Assembly (NCBI GenBank): GCA_030433115.1
Contig: JAUILH010000004.1
Location: forward strand, 5,516-69,515
From: Bacteroidia bacterium
GTDB taxonomy: Bacteria; Bacteroidota; Bacteroidia; Flavobacteriales_D; JAUILH01
Length of the DNA: 64,000 bases
Direction of reading: 5' to 3'
This document shows positions 38,349 to 48,547 of the stretch, piece after piece. Both the position numbers and the translations under genes were made by a program. A model generated the notes under the pieces. It had not been told where the DNA came from and did no database searches. It saw only the letters and a list, made by a program, of their open reading frames with translations. Each line of letters opens with the position of its first letter. Position 1 is the first letter of the stretch.

Positions 38349-40714
38349 ATCCGCTTTACTCTGCTGGAAACAGAAGTCAGCGCCTCATATGCAATGGTGT
38401 CCATCATAGCGGCAAAATCCATAACAGATTGTTGTTCTCCAAAAATCTCAATGTCATCACCTTCTTCAATCGAAAGATCACCGATACTCAACATAGTCAT
38501 ATCCATACACACCTTTCCAATGATGGGCAGCTGTTGTCCGGTTTTGCAATGTATCAGTCGTCCTTTGCCATTGCTGAGCTGTCTTTTTAAACCATCTGCA
38601 TAGCCAATTGGAATGATACCGATTTGTCCATCTTTACTCAACTTATCAGTTAAACCGTAACTCACACCTTCACCTGCTTTAACCGTTTTTATCTGAGTAA
38701 TTTTGGTCTTAAGTGAAGACACTGGTTTTAAGTTTAAACCCGAATCCCCAGCTAAACCATATAAACCTAGCCCCAATCTCACCATGTTAAAATGTGCTTC
38801 CGGATAATGGCTAATGCCAGAAGAATTGCAGATGTGTCGTTGAATGGGGTAATTCAGTTTTTCGATTAATAGGTTGCTCCAAACCTTAAATTTCTCAATT
38901 TGCTTAAGCGTTGAATGTCTTTCTGAAGGATCATCTGCTGCCGCTAAATGTGAAAAGATACTGCTGACCTTCACTTCTGGTTGGGACAGAATTTGATTGC
39001 TCAATTCTTGTAAATCTTCTTCATCAAACCCCAGACGGTGCATGCCAGTATCAAGCTCCAAATGAATAGGATAGGCAGTAAGTTGTTTTTGGATAAGCAC
39101 ACGGATAAAATCATCTAATTGATTCAAACTATAAATCACCGGTTCCAATCGATGATCAATCAACTTAGAGAAATTGGCTCGGTCGGAATTCATCACCATC
39201 ACCGGAATCTCAATGCCCGCTTCACGGATTTTAATGCCTTCAACCGTGTAGGCCACCCCAAAATAATCGATCCTTTGATCTGCCAGATGTCTCAAAACCT
39301 CATGTTCACCTGCACCATATGCCATGGCCTTCACCATGCACATCAATTTGGTGTCTTTTTTAAGGAGCGATTTGTATGCCGTTAAATTATGTGTGAGGTG
39401 ATTTAGGTTGATTTCAAGGCGTGTATTGTGGGGCGTATTTTCAAAAATCTCCAGTAACCGCTCGAACCTGAATTTTCTGGCGCCTTTGATTAAAATCCAA
39501 GAGTTGGAAAAGGTGAGAGGATCTATGGTCGGAATGGCATCATCCAGACTGGAATAATGCTCCAAATGGCTGCCATTATATAGATGTTTGAAAGCCGCAA
39601 TATCGTCTCCAATTAGAATCAACCGATCTAAAGATGCTTGATTCAAAAAATCAAAAACCGCCTCATAAGTTGTCTCGGCACTTCCCCGGTCCCTTTGGAT
39701 ACTGCTCAGAATTACTGCTTTTTTCCCAGTTGCCATTTTGTTTAACTGGTTCAAAGCCATGCTCAAACCGCCAACGTCAGAGTTATAGGCGTCATTGATG
39801 ATCTTACTGTTGTTAATGCCATCAAGCAGTTCTAACCTAAGAGCAATGGGCGGCAAATCAGCCATGTGTTCAATGATGGTTGACCAGGGGCAATTGAATG
39901 CACGGGCCACTTTCATAATAGTCAGGCTATTTCGAATAGCTGCATCATCTGTAAATGGAATTTTGACGGTGCGTTTATCGGTTCCTTCAATTACATGGAT
40001 AACTGCAGTATTGTCTTCAATCTTAACACTTTCAACATGCAAAGTGTCATCTTCATAGGAGATGAGTTCTGAGTCTTTGAAAAGCAAACTTTTCTCCTTT
40101 TTCAATTGATTGAGATCCTCGAAATTTTCAAGATGAGAAGAGCCTATATGAGTTAAAACACCATGGGTTGGTTGAATAATCCTTTGGAGTGTCTGCATTT
40201 CGCCAGGTTTAGAAATGCCGGCTTCAAAAATGCCAAGCGTATGGTCTGGTCTGAGTTGCAAGATGGACAAAGGGACACCAACTTGAGAGTTATAACTTTT
40301 GGGGCTTCTACAGATGTTATAATTTTCTTTCAATACATGATACAACCATTCCTTGACAATGGTTTTTCCATTACTTCCTGTGATTCCTATAACGGGGATG
40401 TTGAATTGTTCACGATGGTGTTGCGCAATTTTTTGAAGTGCAGATAGCCCGTCATCCACCTGAATAAAATGGGCTTCCGGAAAGCGTTTGGTTTCAATAG
40501 ACTCACTGATGATAAAAGCACGTTGACCAGCATCATATAATTCATCTACAAAATCATTTGCATTGTGATTCCCCCCTTTGATAGCTATAAATAAAGCGCT
40601 TTCTTGACCGTGAAAGGACCTGCTGTCAATAAAAACAGAATGCACTGGATAACTGTTCTCATAATTCAGAATCTGTCCATCAACAATTTCAGCAATATTT
40701 TCGAGATCATACAT
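38333..40714 (-). CDS. alr: Bifunctional MurF-like ligase / alanine racemase
   Basis: IGITGSNGKTIVKE and SPKSYNSQVGVP (Mur ligase); MVKAMAYG, HLELDTGMHRLG, FSHLAAAD, VSYG and GKVCMD (Alr). Confidence 0.93.
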   Translation of the reverse strand: MYDLENIAEIVDGQILNYENSYPVHSVFIDSRSFHGQESALFIAIKGGNHNANDFVDELYDAGQRAFIISESIETKRFPEAHFIQVDDGLSALQKIAQHHREQFNIPVIGITGSNGKTIVKEWLYHVLKENYNICRSPKSYNSQVGVPLSILQLRPDHTLGIFEAGISKPGEMQTLQRIIQPTHGVLTHIGSSHLENFEDLNQLKKEKSLLFKDSELISYEDDTLHVESVKIEDNTAVIHVIEGTDKRTVKIPFTDDAAIRNSLTIMKVARAFNCPWSTIIEHMADLPPIALRLELLDGINNSKIINDAYNSDVGGLSMALNQLNKMATGKKAVILSSIQRDRGSAETTYEAVFDFLNQASLDRLILIGDDIAAFKHLYNGSHLEHYSSLDDAIPTIDPLTFSNSWILIKGARKFRFERLLEIFENTPHNTRLEINLNHLTHNLTAYKSLLKKDTKLMCMVKAMAYGAGEHEVLRHLADQRIDYFGVAYTVEGIKIREAGIEIPVMVMNSDRANFSKLIDHRLEPVIYSLNQLDDFIRVLIQKQLTAYPIHLELDTGMHRLGFDEEDLQELSNQILSQPEVKVSSIFSHLAAADDPSERHSTLKQIEKFKVWSNLLIEKLNYPIQRHICNSSGISHYPEAHFNMVRLGLGLYGLAGDSGLNLKPVSSLKTKITQIKTVKAGEGVSYGLTDKLSKDGQIGIIPIGYADGLKRQLSNGKGRLIHCKTGQQLPIIGKVCMDMTMLSIGDLSIEEGDDIEIFGEQQSVMDFAAMMDTIAYEALTSVSSRVKRIYISE

Positions 40715-40809
40715 CACTGGCCGCAAATTACGAAAAAGCCACGGTGCATGTTGTATGAAATGATTATTCGCGTCAGAAGACAAATAATTGATGCTTATTT
40801 TACCGCACT

Positions 40810-41247
40810 TTACTCTGCAATTACCCTGGTACCGGGCAAAGAATCATGCCACCCAATACCACTTTCTCCCAGAAATGAAAAGGCCTCAAATGGAATGAAT
40901 CTGGCAAAACTTCTGCCCAATATCTGCCCGGGAGAGGGCTTGCCTCCCTCCAAATCAACAACCCTTGTTTTAGTGATCATTTTTCCAACGGTTTTACCAG
41001 TAGTCACTTCCATTAAAAAATAATATACCAAATACATTAGGTAAGAGAGAATGTTGAGTTGCAAATCATCTTCCAGGATTTCTTCCTGACCAGTAAATCC
41101 CAACAAAAGACCCAGCAAAAATCCACCAACCAAAAAGATGATAACAAAGTCTATCAGCGAATTGGCAAGTCTTTGTCCTTTGCTGGCAATGTTCAGTTGC
41201 CTTTTTACCTCCTCTTCCTGGAAGTCAATTACTTCAGTTTCTGACAT
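40810..41247 (-). CDS. RDD family membrane protein
   Basis: ASKGQRLANSLID, GKTVGK, GWHD. Confidence 0.9.
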   Translation of the reverse strand: MSETEVIDFQEEEVKRQLNIASKGQRLANSLIDFVIIFLVGGFLLGLLLGFTGQEEILEDDLQLNILSYLMYLVYYFLMEVTTGKTVGKMITKTRVVDLEGGKPSPGQILGRSFARFIPFEAFSFLGESGIGWHDSLPGTRVIAE

Positions 41248-41843
41248 TATTTTTCGTTTAGTTTTTCAAACCTTTGAGCATCAATAAAAGCTTCTCTGGA
41301 TAACGGTTCGTAGATGTCTTTCTCTCCTAGTTCAACTACCTCATTGCCACCTGCTATTCTGTGAGAATAATTGGCCAATTTCCCTGTTTTCATGCAAATC
41401 GCATGAACTTTGGATACATATTCGGCAATGGCCATCATATTTGGCATTGGACCAAAAGGTTTTCCCTGAAAATCCATGTCAAGCCCGGCTACAATAACTC
41501 TGATGCCTGCATTGGCGAGCTCATTACATACGTCTGGTAAACCCATGTCAAAAAATTGCCCCTCATCAATTCCAATTACCTCTGCGCCATCAATTAATTT
41601 GAGAATATCATGCGCTTTATCCACCGGCTGGGATACAATCTCTCTTCCATCATGACTGACCACTTTGATTTCATGATATCGGGTGTCTACTTTGGGTTTG
41701 AAAATTTTTATTTTCTGCTGGGCATATTCTGCACGTTTCAGTCGTCTGATCAGTTCTTCTGTTTTGCCGGAAAACATGGAACCACAGACCACTTCAATCC
41801 AACCTACTTTTCTATGTCGTTTACCTGTGTCTTCAAGAAACAT
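41247..41843 (-). CDS. tdk: Thymidine kinase
   Basis: GSMFSGKTEELIRR, IGIDEGQFF, AGLDMDF.G.PFG, YEPLSR. Confidence 0.96.
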   Translation of the reverse strand: MFLEDTGKRHRKVGWIEVVCGSMFSGKTEELIRRLKRAEYAQQKIKIFKPKVDTRYHEIKVVSHDGREIVSQPVDKAHDILKLIDGAEVIGIDEGQFFDMGLPDVCNELANAGIRVIVAGLDMDFQGKPFGPMPNMMAIAEYVSKVHAICMKTGKLANYSHRIAGGNEVVELGEKDIYEPLSREAFIDAQRFEKLNEK

Positions 41844-41989
41844 AAGCGTGCATTTTGGGCAAAATATGTAGATAACTTACCCGTTATTATTATTTGAGGT
41901 GATGAAAAATGTATAATTTTATCCCCCGTTGAAAGCCTTCCAAATTTATGGGTTTTGATTGAGTGCTTTCGATAGAAATTACGAACATT

Positions 41990-42865
41990 ATGAGCAGTAA
42001 TCAACAATACAAAAGCATGCTTGAGTTGGCAAATGCCATTCAGGAGAAGATAGGTCAACTGGAAGCAGGATCGATCAGTGAAGAAGAATTGAATCTGACC
42101 CTTGAAGAAACCAGAACCCTCTATGATCGTTTGGTAGTCGTTCAATACAAGGCTTTTGAAAAAAGTGTGAAAGGGGAAGCACCTGTCGAAGATGCTGTGG
42201 CTCCTGTGGCTGAACCGAAACCTGAAAAAGTTGAAACACCTGCTGAGTCGGAACCAGAACCAGAACCGGAAAATGACCTGTTTGGAGGTTTTAAGTTCAC
42301 TTTAAACACGAAAGAGGACAAGGAAAACGAGCTGAAGTCTTCCCCAGGCAATACACAGAAGCCACCTAAAACCACTCCTAAAATAACTCCAGGAAAGCAG
42401 GAATCTATTCCAATGCCAGAGCAACCGCTGCCATTCAATAATCCTAACCCACCAAAGTCGGTTGAATCGGCTCCAGTTGAACCTGTAAAAGAAGAGGAAC
42501 CAGCTGCAGCTGCCGAAAACCAGATTAACATCATCGATCAGATTGATGAGGCACCAACACCTAAATCCTTAAACGATCAGCTGGCGGCTAATCAATCAGG
42601 AGATAACCTGGCAAAAAAACTGGCTATGCAGCCAATCGATAATTTGAAAACTTCCATAGGCATTAATCAAAAATTTCTCTTCATGAATGACTTATTCAAA
42701 GGAGAGCATATGGATTTTCATGCTGTGATTGATAGAATTGATGCTATGACAGAATCTGAGGAAGCCATGACATATTTGGTTCAGTTAAGGGAACAGTATA
42801 ATTGGGACATGGAAAGTGAATCTGCTTTGAATTTTACGGAACTGGTTGAACGCAGATTCCTGTGA
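41990..42865 (+). CDS. Conserved-looking hypothetical protein with Pro/Glu-rich linker
   Basis: C-terminal LKTSIGINQKFLFMNDLFKG...YNWD...FTELVERRF resembles a conserved Bacteroidota family. Confidence 0.8.
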   Translation: MSSNQQYKSMLELANAIQEKIGQLEAGSISEEELNLTLEETRTLYDRLVVVQYKAFEKSVKGEAPVEDAVAPVAEPKPEKVETPAESEPEPEPENDLFGGFKFTLNTKEDKENELKSSPGNTQKPPKTTPKITPGKQESIPMPEQPLPFNNPNPPKSVESAPVEPVKEEEPAAAAENQINIIDQIDEAPTPKSLNDQLAANQSGDNLAKKLAMQPIDNLKTSIGINQKFLFMNDLFKGEHMDFHAVIDRIDAMTESEEAMTYLVQLREQYNWDMESESALNFTELVERRFL

Positions 42866-44136
42866 TGAGAGCACTCCTCTTTCTGATTGCATATTTACCA
42901 CTTGTCGCTGTTGGGCAGCAAAAAAAAGCTCAAAAGTATGTGTACGATCTAGCATCACCAGAGTTTTATGGGAGAGGTTATACGCATGGAGGGGATAGCC
43001 TGGCTGCCAACTACATCAGATCTAAGTTTAAGACATTTGGACTCCAGACCTTTGATGATTCTTTCTATCAGTATTTCAAACTCAACGTCAATACTTTTCC
43101 GGGTACAATAAACCTAAGCATTGATAATAAGGATTTGGAAGCCGGAAAGGATTTCATTGTCGATCCGTATAGTGGCTCCGCAGATGGCGAGTTTGATCTG
43201 TTTTTAATCAATTCACAGAATGTCTTTTCCTTTGAATCATTCATTCAACAAAATGCGGAAGACATCCGTGACAATAAATGGGCGGTTATCATTCATCCGG
43301 GTGAGGAAGCTGATAATCCCGATTCATTGCTCAAATACCAGTCATTGAAGTATCAGTTGTCTCAAATCATGCCGGTATTTTATGTGAACGACAAAAAACT
43401 GACTTGGGGTGCGGCACGTGAGCATACCCGATTTCCAATTATTGAACTCAAAAGTGAATTGGTTCTTGAAGAAAATCGTGTGCAGTTATCAATCAAAAAC
43501 AAATTCATTGAGGCCTATCAATCCCAAAATGTCATTGGGTACATACCCGGCAGTAAAAAGTGCAAAGCCAAAAAACACTTCAAAGTCATCACTGCTCATT
43601 ACGATCATCTAGGAGAAATGGGGGACAAGGCTTATATTCCAGGGGCAAACGACAATGCCAGTGGGTGTGCCATGCTCCTTAGTTTGGCTCAATACTATGC
43701 AGAAAATCCACCCAAGGACTATTCAGTTGTGTTTATGGCTTTTGGTGGCGAAGAAGCGGGATTGGTTGGCTCAAAATATTACACTGAGAACCCTCTGTTT
43801 CCTTTGTCTAAGATCGATTTTTTGCTGAATTTGGATCTTCAGGGAACCGGAGAGGAAGGCATTACAGTGGTGAATGCCACGCTGCACCAAAAAGAATTTC
43901 AAACACTTTTAGAAATCAATAAGGGGCAGGATTATCTGAGTAAAATTAAGAAGCGCGGACCGGCTCAAAATAGCGACCATTATTTCTTTACTAAAAAAGG
44001 TGTTCCGGCATTCTTCATTTATACCATGGGTGGTATTTCAGCGTACCACGACATTTATGATAAAGCAGAAACCTTGCCTTTAACAGAGTTCAACGATTTG
44101 TTTAAGTTGTATATTGAGTTCCTCGAAAAGATTTAA
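42865..44136 (+). CDS. M28 family metallopeptidase, exported
   Basis: TAHYDHLG, GANDNASG, FGGEEAGLVGS, NLD, SDH, YH. Confidence 0.92.
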   Translation: MRALLFLIAYLPLVAVGQQKKAQKYVYDLASPEFYGRGYTHGGDSLAANYIRSKFKTFGLQTFDDSFYQYFKLNVNTFPGTINLSIDNKDLEAGKDFIVDPYSGSADGEFDLFLINSQNVFSFESFIQQNAEDIRDNKWAVIIHPGEEADNPDSLLKYQSLKYQLSQIMPVFYVNDKKLTWGAAREHTRFPIIELKSELVLEENRVQLSIKNKFIEAYQSQNVIGYIPGSKKCKAKKHFKVITAHYDHLGEMGDKAYIPGANDNASGCAMLLSLAQYYAENPPKDYSVVFMAFGGEEAGLVGSKYYTENPLFPLSKIDFLLNLDLQGTGEEGITVVNATLHQKEFQTLLEINKGQDYLSKIKKRGPAQNSDHYFFTKKGVPAFFIYTMGGISAYHDIYDKAETLPLTEFNDLFKLYIEFLEKI

Positions 44137-44137
44137 A

Positions 44138-45154
44138 ATGGTACGAATCATCTTCTATAAACTCAAAAAAATTGGTCGTTATGCGCTCATCTCCCTGTTG
44201 CTAAGTTTGGTGCTTTTCATTGGGAATTATAACCTGAGTTCACTATTCATTTGGTTCTGGTCGTTATCTCTTGGGGTTTTCGTTGGACTATTTGAAGAGT
44301 TTGTTGTGGGGCGATGGTTATTGAAGCGAGCTGCAATTTGGCAAGTTATAATTCGCGTATTGGTGATCAATGTATTTGCTTTTTCTATGTTGATGCTAAT
44401 AGCTTTTTGGGAATTGGGCGAACTGAATTTTAGTAAGATATTTGGAGCAGCTGCCAATGTGGAAGATCAACGCTATTTGAGAATGACTTACAACGCTTTT
44501 ATCATCTCAATTCTCCTGATTTTTTACTTTCAAATGGAAGCCTTTGTTGGCCGTAAAATGTTTGGAAACTACCTGCTGGGGAGGTATGCTTTGCCTAGAG
44601 AGGAGGAACGAATTTTTATGTTCATAGACATGCAGGATTCCACCACTCATGCTGAGCGAATGAGTAATGACCTATTCTACGAATTGGTGAACGATTGTTT
44701 TTATTTGGTGACAAGTCCCGTGCTTAAAACTAAGGCTGAAATCCTAAAATATGTGGGAGATGAGATCATTTTTACCTGGCCCATGAAGGACGGTTTAAAA
44801 AACAATAATTGTATCGAGATCATTGTAAGTTACCGTAGAATTCTGGAAAGCAAAAAAGCATACTTTGAAGAGAAATATGGATTTGTGCCCTTTTTTAAAG
44901 CTGGTGTGCATGGCGGAAAGTGCATTGGTGCGGAAGTGGGACACTTAAAGAAAGCCATAGATTTTAGCGGAGATGTGCTGAGCACGGCTGCCAGAATTCA
45001 AGGCGTGTGCAATGAGCACAAAGCCGAACTATTGGTGTCAAAATCTTTGTTTGAGAAACTTCCCAATAAGAATAAATACCAAATCGAATCTGTTGGTGGA
45101 CTTGACTTGAAAGGAAAAGAAGAATCTGTTGAGGTGATTAAGGTGATTTTGTAA
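44138..45154 (+). CDS. Membrane-anchored class III adenylate/guanylate cyclase domain protein
   Basis: Four N-terminal TM; FIDMQDST, KYVGDE, AGVHGG, GDVLSTAARIQ, LKGKE. Confidence 0.88.
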   Translation: MVRIIFYKLKKIGRYALISLLLSLVLFIGNYNLSSLFIWFWSLSLGVFVGLFEEFVVGRWLLKRAAIWQVIIRVLVINVFAFSMLMLIAFWELGELNFSKIFGAAANVEDQRYLRMTYNAFIISILLIFYFQMEAFVGRKMFGNYLLGRYALPREEERIFMFIDMQDSTTHAERMSNDLFYELVNDCFYLVTSPVLKTKAEILKYVGDEIIFTWPMKDGLKNNNCIEIIVSYRRILESKKAYFEEKYGFVPFFKAGVHGGKCIGAEVGHLKKAIDFSGDVLSTAARIQGVCNEHKAELLVSKSLFEKLPNKNKYQIESVGGLDLKGKEESVEVIKVIL

Positions 45155-45171
45155 TCAAACCCAGTTTTCTT

Positions 45172-46815
45172 TTATTTCGCTTCAGACATTTTCGATTGTT
45201 CTACTTTTTCAGGTGCGTTTAGCAGCTTTTTAGAGTCATCTTGATCATATAAATGCGGCATGAAGTAGCTACCTTTTTGGCCCTCTCTTTTCTCAACTTC
45301 AACGTCACGTTTTTCCGGGTGCTTCTGTAAATAAAGGTCATTTCTTTCTGCATAAACTGCCCATGACACTTCCTTGCCCTCAATGCCTCCGCTCACCACA
45401 AAACTCTGGTTGTTGTCGACTTTGGTTTTCACAAACAATGGCATGTATGCTCCAACTGGAGTTAATTGGTAACTCACATTGCGGTTAATGTCACTGAAGT
45501 ATTCCGGTAGTTGAATAGTCGCATTCCCGTTTGCATCAAATGTAGCAGTGCCTCTATAGACATTGAGTACTTCATTGGATTCAAGGCTAAAATGCTTAAG
45601 GACCTTGTTTTCCGGATCGGAAGGATGATCAATACTAAAAGTCTTCACACCAGTGGCCCCTAAGTCCCCGTTAGAAAAAACTCCATACGCGCCTGCAACT
45701 GCCCCAGCATATCGGTCTTCACCAACTACACCAAGATAACCTCTGCCTCCAACGCCCACACCATTGCCCAAAGGCGCAATGTTATCAAGGTTTTCGCCAT
45801 ATACTGCATTGCCTGTTGATTGACCTGTTTGACCAACGACTCCGTTAAATCCTATTCCGAGCACACCATGTCCGCCGTTAGTTCTTAGATTGCTTCCATA
45901 AACAGCAGATTCAGATGTGGCAGCAGCATCAACTTGTCCGGCAACGCCCCAGGCAGCACCGGTTGAATTTCCGGTAACAGCAGCAGCAATCGTAGATGTA
46001 CTGTTCGTAGAAGATTGGATTGGAGAAAAGGTGTTACCAGCATTGGTGTTGTTTGTAATGATTGACACACCTGTATTGCTATTTTCTACGCGCAAACCAG
46101 CACTGTTAGTTCCTGCAGTTGAGATGCTCACTTCTCCTGCATCCGCATCAATTGTTCGTCCCATTCCGGCACCCCCAAAATCATAGGCTTGATCAAGAGT
46201 ACCGCCTCCACCAGGCAATGTAATGGTGTTTCCTCCACTGATACTGATGTCGTTCCCAGATAATGATAGACTCTGAATTTCGTTTAATGGGTCCGCATCC
46301 GCATCATCTGTATTAATTGTGATCGTGTTGCCACTGCTTATTGAGATGTCATTGCTGCTGATAGACAGGCTCTGGATCTCGTTCAAAGGATCTGCATCTG
46401 CATCATCAGCATTGCTTACAGACTCGGCATGAAGGGCGTAAGGCACACTCAATAATTGGCTGGTACCCGTAATTGTATAACTTGTTCCTCCTGTAGGATC
46501 AATCTCGGACTTGATGAAGTAAGGTCCCGCACTCCAATCTATGGTACTCATATCTCCGGATACCAATACACCTCCACCAATTTGTAAAGACAATAACCCA
46601 TTGACATTGGTGCTGACAGCATGCGTTTCAACGTAAACCGGCGTTCCGGAAGTCGATCCTTGCAATATGCTGATCTGTGTGCCTACCGATTGATTGGTGA
46701 CCAGTGCATTACTGGAATTTCTTACAACTGATTGATAGCTGATTCTGTTGGGAGATTGTGCCCAGCTTGCACCAAACAATAGTGTTAATAGAAATGTGAT
46801 TGAAAGGATTTTCAT
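45172..46815 (-). CDS. Exported fibre-like surface protein
   Basis: Signal peptide; SYQSVVRN...IDWSAGPYF...QLLSVPYALHA N-domain; two 33-aa repeats; Gly-rich GVxG region; C-terminal FSIDHP.DPENK.L.H...LPEYF..IN...YQLTPVG. Confidence 0.75.
   Translation of the reverse strand: MKILSITFLLTLLFGASWAQSPNRISYQSVVRNSSNALVTNQSVGTQISILQGSTSGTPVYVETHAVSTNVNGLLSLQIGGGVLVSGDMSTIDWSAGPYFIKSEIDPTGGTSYTITGTSQLLSVPYALHAESVSNADDADADPLNEIQSLSISSNDISISSGNTITINTDDADADPLNEIQSLSLSGNDISISGGNTITLPGGGGTLDQAYDFGGAGMGRTIDADAGEVSISTAGTNSAGLRVENSNTGVSIITNNTNAGNTFSPIQSSTNSTSTIAAAVTGNSTGAAWGVAGQVDAAATSESAVYGSNLRTNGGHGVLGIGFNGVVGQTGQSTGNAVYGENLDNIAPLGNGVGVGGRGYLGVVGEDRYAGAVAGAYGVFSNGDLGATGVKTFSIDHPSDPENKVLKHFSLESNEVLNVYRGTATFDANGNATIQLPEYFSDINRNVSYQLTPVGAYMPLFVKTKVDNNQSFVVSGGIEGKEVSWAVYAERNDLYLQKHPEKRDVEVEKREGQKGSYFMPHLYDQDDSKKLLNAPEKVEQSKMSEAK
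46216..46407 (-). repeat. Tandem 99-nt (33-aa) intragenic repeat
   Basis: DDADADPLNEIQSLS(I/L)S(S/G)NDISIS(S/G)GNTIT occurs twice, starting at 46407 and 46308. Confidence 0.85.
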
Positions 46816-46818
46816 GAT

Positions 46819-47292
46819 TTATTGTTTTAGAATCTTAAACGTTTGATCGGCTTGACCTTTGTGGTAGATTGTGATAAAATAATTGGATTTAGCCAAACCT
46901 GTCATGTCGATAATGGTTTGACTGGACTGAATGTCTGATAGCTTGATTAATTTACCGTTGTTGTCTGTTAAATGGAATGATAGATTGGATAAATCACCGG
47001 CTTCTGTTTCAAGTACCAGGGCATCCGTAGTAGGATTGGGGTAGACAGAGAAAGAAAAAGTGTTTTGATCCTCTATTCCGTCAATGATGTAAATCTCGTA
47101 AGCGTGTTGTACGCCTTGTGCTTCTGTGTCTCCACTACCATGGGTGATATAAACAACCTGACCAACACTGTAGCTATTGGAACCACCAGAGCCGGAAGCA
47201 TTGCCGCCACTGCTATTAATGGATTCCTGTCCGTAGATGTGCCCGAATACACAGACAAATAGAGTAAAAAGTAAGCTGAATTTGAGGCGCAT
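46819..47292 (-). CDS. Small T9SS type A sorting domain protein
   Basis: Signal peptide, SSGG.ASGSGGS.SYSVGQV...QGVQH, then VYPNPT...LTDNNGK...FKILKQ CTD. Confidence 0.88.
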   Translation of the reverse strand: MRLKFSLLFTLFVCVFGHIYGQESINSSGGNASGSGGSNSYSVGQVVYITHGSGDTEAQGVQHAYEIYIIDGIEDQNTFSFSVYPNPTTDALVLETEAGDLSNLSFHLTDNNGKLIKLSDIQSSQTIIDMTGLAKSNYFITIYHKGQADQTFKILKQ

Positions 47293-47374
47293 AGTACAGG
47301 TAATTGAGTTCCTGTTTACAAAGTAGTGATTTTTTGGTCTTGGGAAAACATTTGAAAAATCTATTACATGATCC

Positions 47375-48547
47375 CTACTCAGGTGCAGTAAATTTAACGG
47401 GCAAAGTCATTGATTGACTGGTTGGTGTGCCGTTAACTGTGGCAGGGGACCATTTGGGCATGAGTTTGATACATCTGAGCACCTCAGCATCAAAATCTGG
47501 TTCCAGGCTTTTTACAATTACCGGATTAACCACCATGCCTTTGTCGTTAACGGTGAAACTTGCCACAACCTTACCGCTCACTTGTTTGGTTTTAGCAGAC
47601 TCCGGAACCCGCATTTTTGAATACAACCATTGGTAAATATCCTGACCAAATTCGGCCTCCGTAGTGATTTGTTCTTTCTGTTCGACTCCAGACTTATTGG
47701 ATGACCCAACATTATTTTCGTCTGTGGCATCTGCCTCCAAAAAATCTTCAGTATCGTCTTTATATTCTATAGTATCTGCCATGCCCGAATTGTTCTGTGG
47801 CTGGTATGCTGAAAATCCTTCTTCAGTCACATGATAAAGCATGGAGTCACATTCTAATAAAACGCCAGCTTCATTGTAAGGCGTAAAATAAAGTTGAATC
47901 TCATTACAAGGCAGGTTCCACAACTTAATGGTGTCTCCCGAGGAACTTAGAAGCATTTCAATTGAGGGTTCATTGCCATTGGTCATTGGGCATACCATGA
48001 ATGTTTGAGAGCCGTAGTCGCCATAAGTGGTGTCATCATTCTCAATCATCATTTTACCCTGATAATCCTCAAACATACTGGGAGGTAGACAGGCAATCAT
48101 GGTGCAGTTACTTTCCTCAACTTCCTCCGTGATAACAGTTTCAATGTCACCTCTTTTCTTATCTTTCTTAAGTTTTTCTTCAAGATCGGGAAGGTTGAAA
48201 ATTGCGATCAGAAAAGCGACTAATAGCAACCCGGAACCAATGATCATAAACCACATTAGGATGTTCCAGTTGCGTTCTTTTCTGCTTCTGTTTTTGCCGG
48301 TTCTTTGAGGTGTATAATCCCTGAGGTCTTCCGATTTAATCTGGCTGTCTATGGCAGAAAACTCAGCCTTAAGAATGCGGGGTGTGACAGCTTCAATGCC
48401 CAGAACCATGTCTCTATATTCGTTGAAAGCGGCCCTCAGTTCCGGATCCGTTTTCAGAGTTTCGTCCAGATGAAGGCGTTCTCGCGTACTCAATTCTCCA
48501 TTGAAGTATCGGTCAAATAAATCTATATGATCTTCATTAGCCTTCAC
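47375..48547 (-). CDS. Putative anti-sigma factor fused to a TonB C-terminal domain
   Basis: N-terminal DRYFNGELS.RE...DPEL, single TM, C-terminal SGKVVASFTVNDKG...DAEVLRCI..MPKWSPA..NG....MTLPVKF; overlaps the ECF sigma stop. Confidence 0.8.
   Translation of the reverse strand: MKANEDHIDLFDRYFNGELSTRERLHLDETLKTDPELRAAFNEYRDMVLGIEAVTPRILKAEFSAIDSQIKSEDLRDYTPQRTGKNRSRKERNWNILMWFMIIGSGLLLVAFLIAIFNLPDLEEKLKKDKKRGDIETVITEEVEESNCTMIACLPPSMFEDYQGKMMIENDDTTYGDYGSQTFMVCPMTNGNEPSIEMLLSSSGDTIKLWNLPCNEIQLYFTPYNEAGVLLECDSMLYHVTEEGFSAYQPQNNSGMADTIEYKDDTEDFLEADATDENNVGSSNKSGVEQKEQITTEAEFGQDIYQWLYSKMRVPESAKTKQVSGKVVASFTVNDKGMVVNPVIVKSLEPDFDAEVLRCIKLMPKWSPATVNGTPTSQSMTLPVKFTAPE

Noticed and set aside
38333-40714. 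MurF-Alr fusion as a novelty
   Set aside because: A well-known Bacteroidota architecture.
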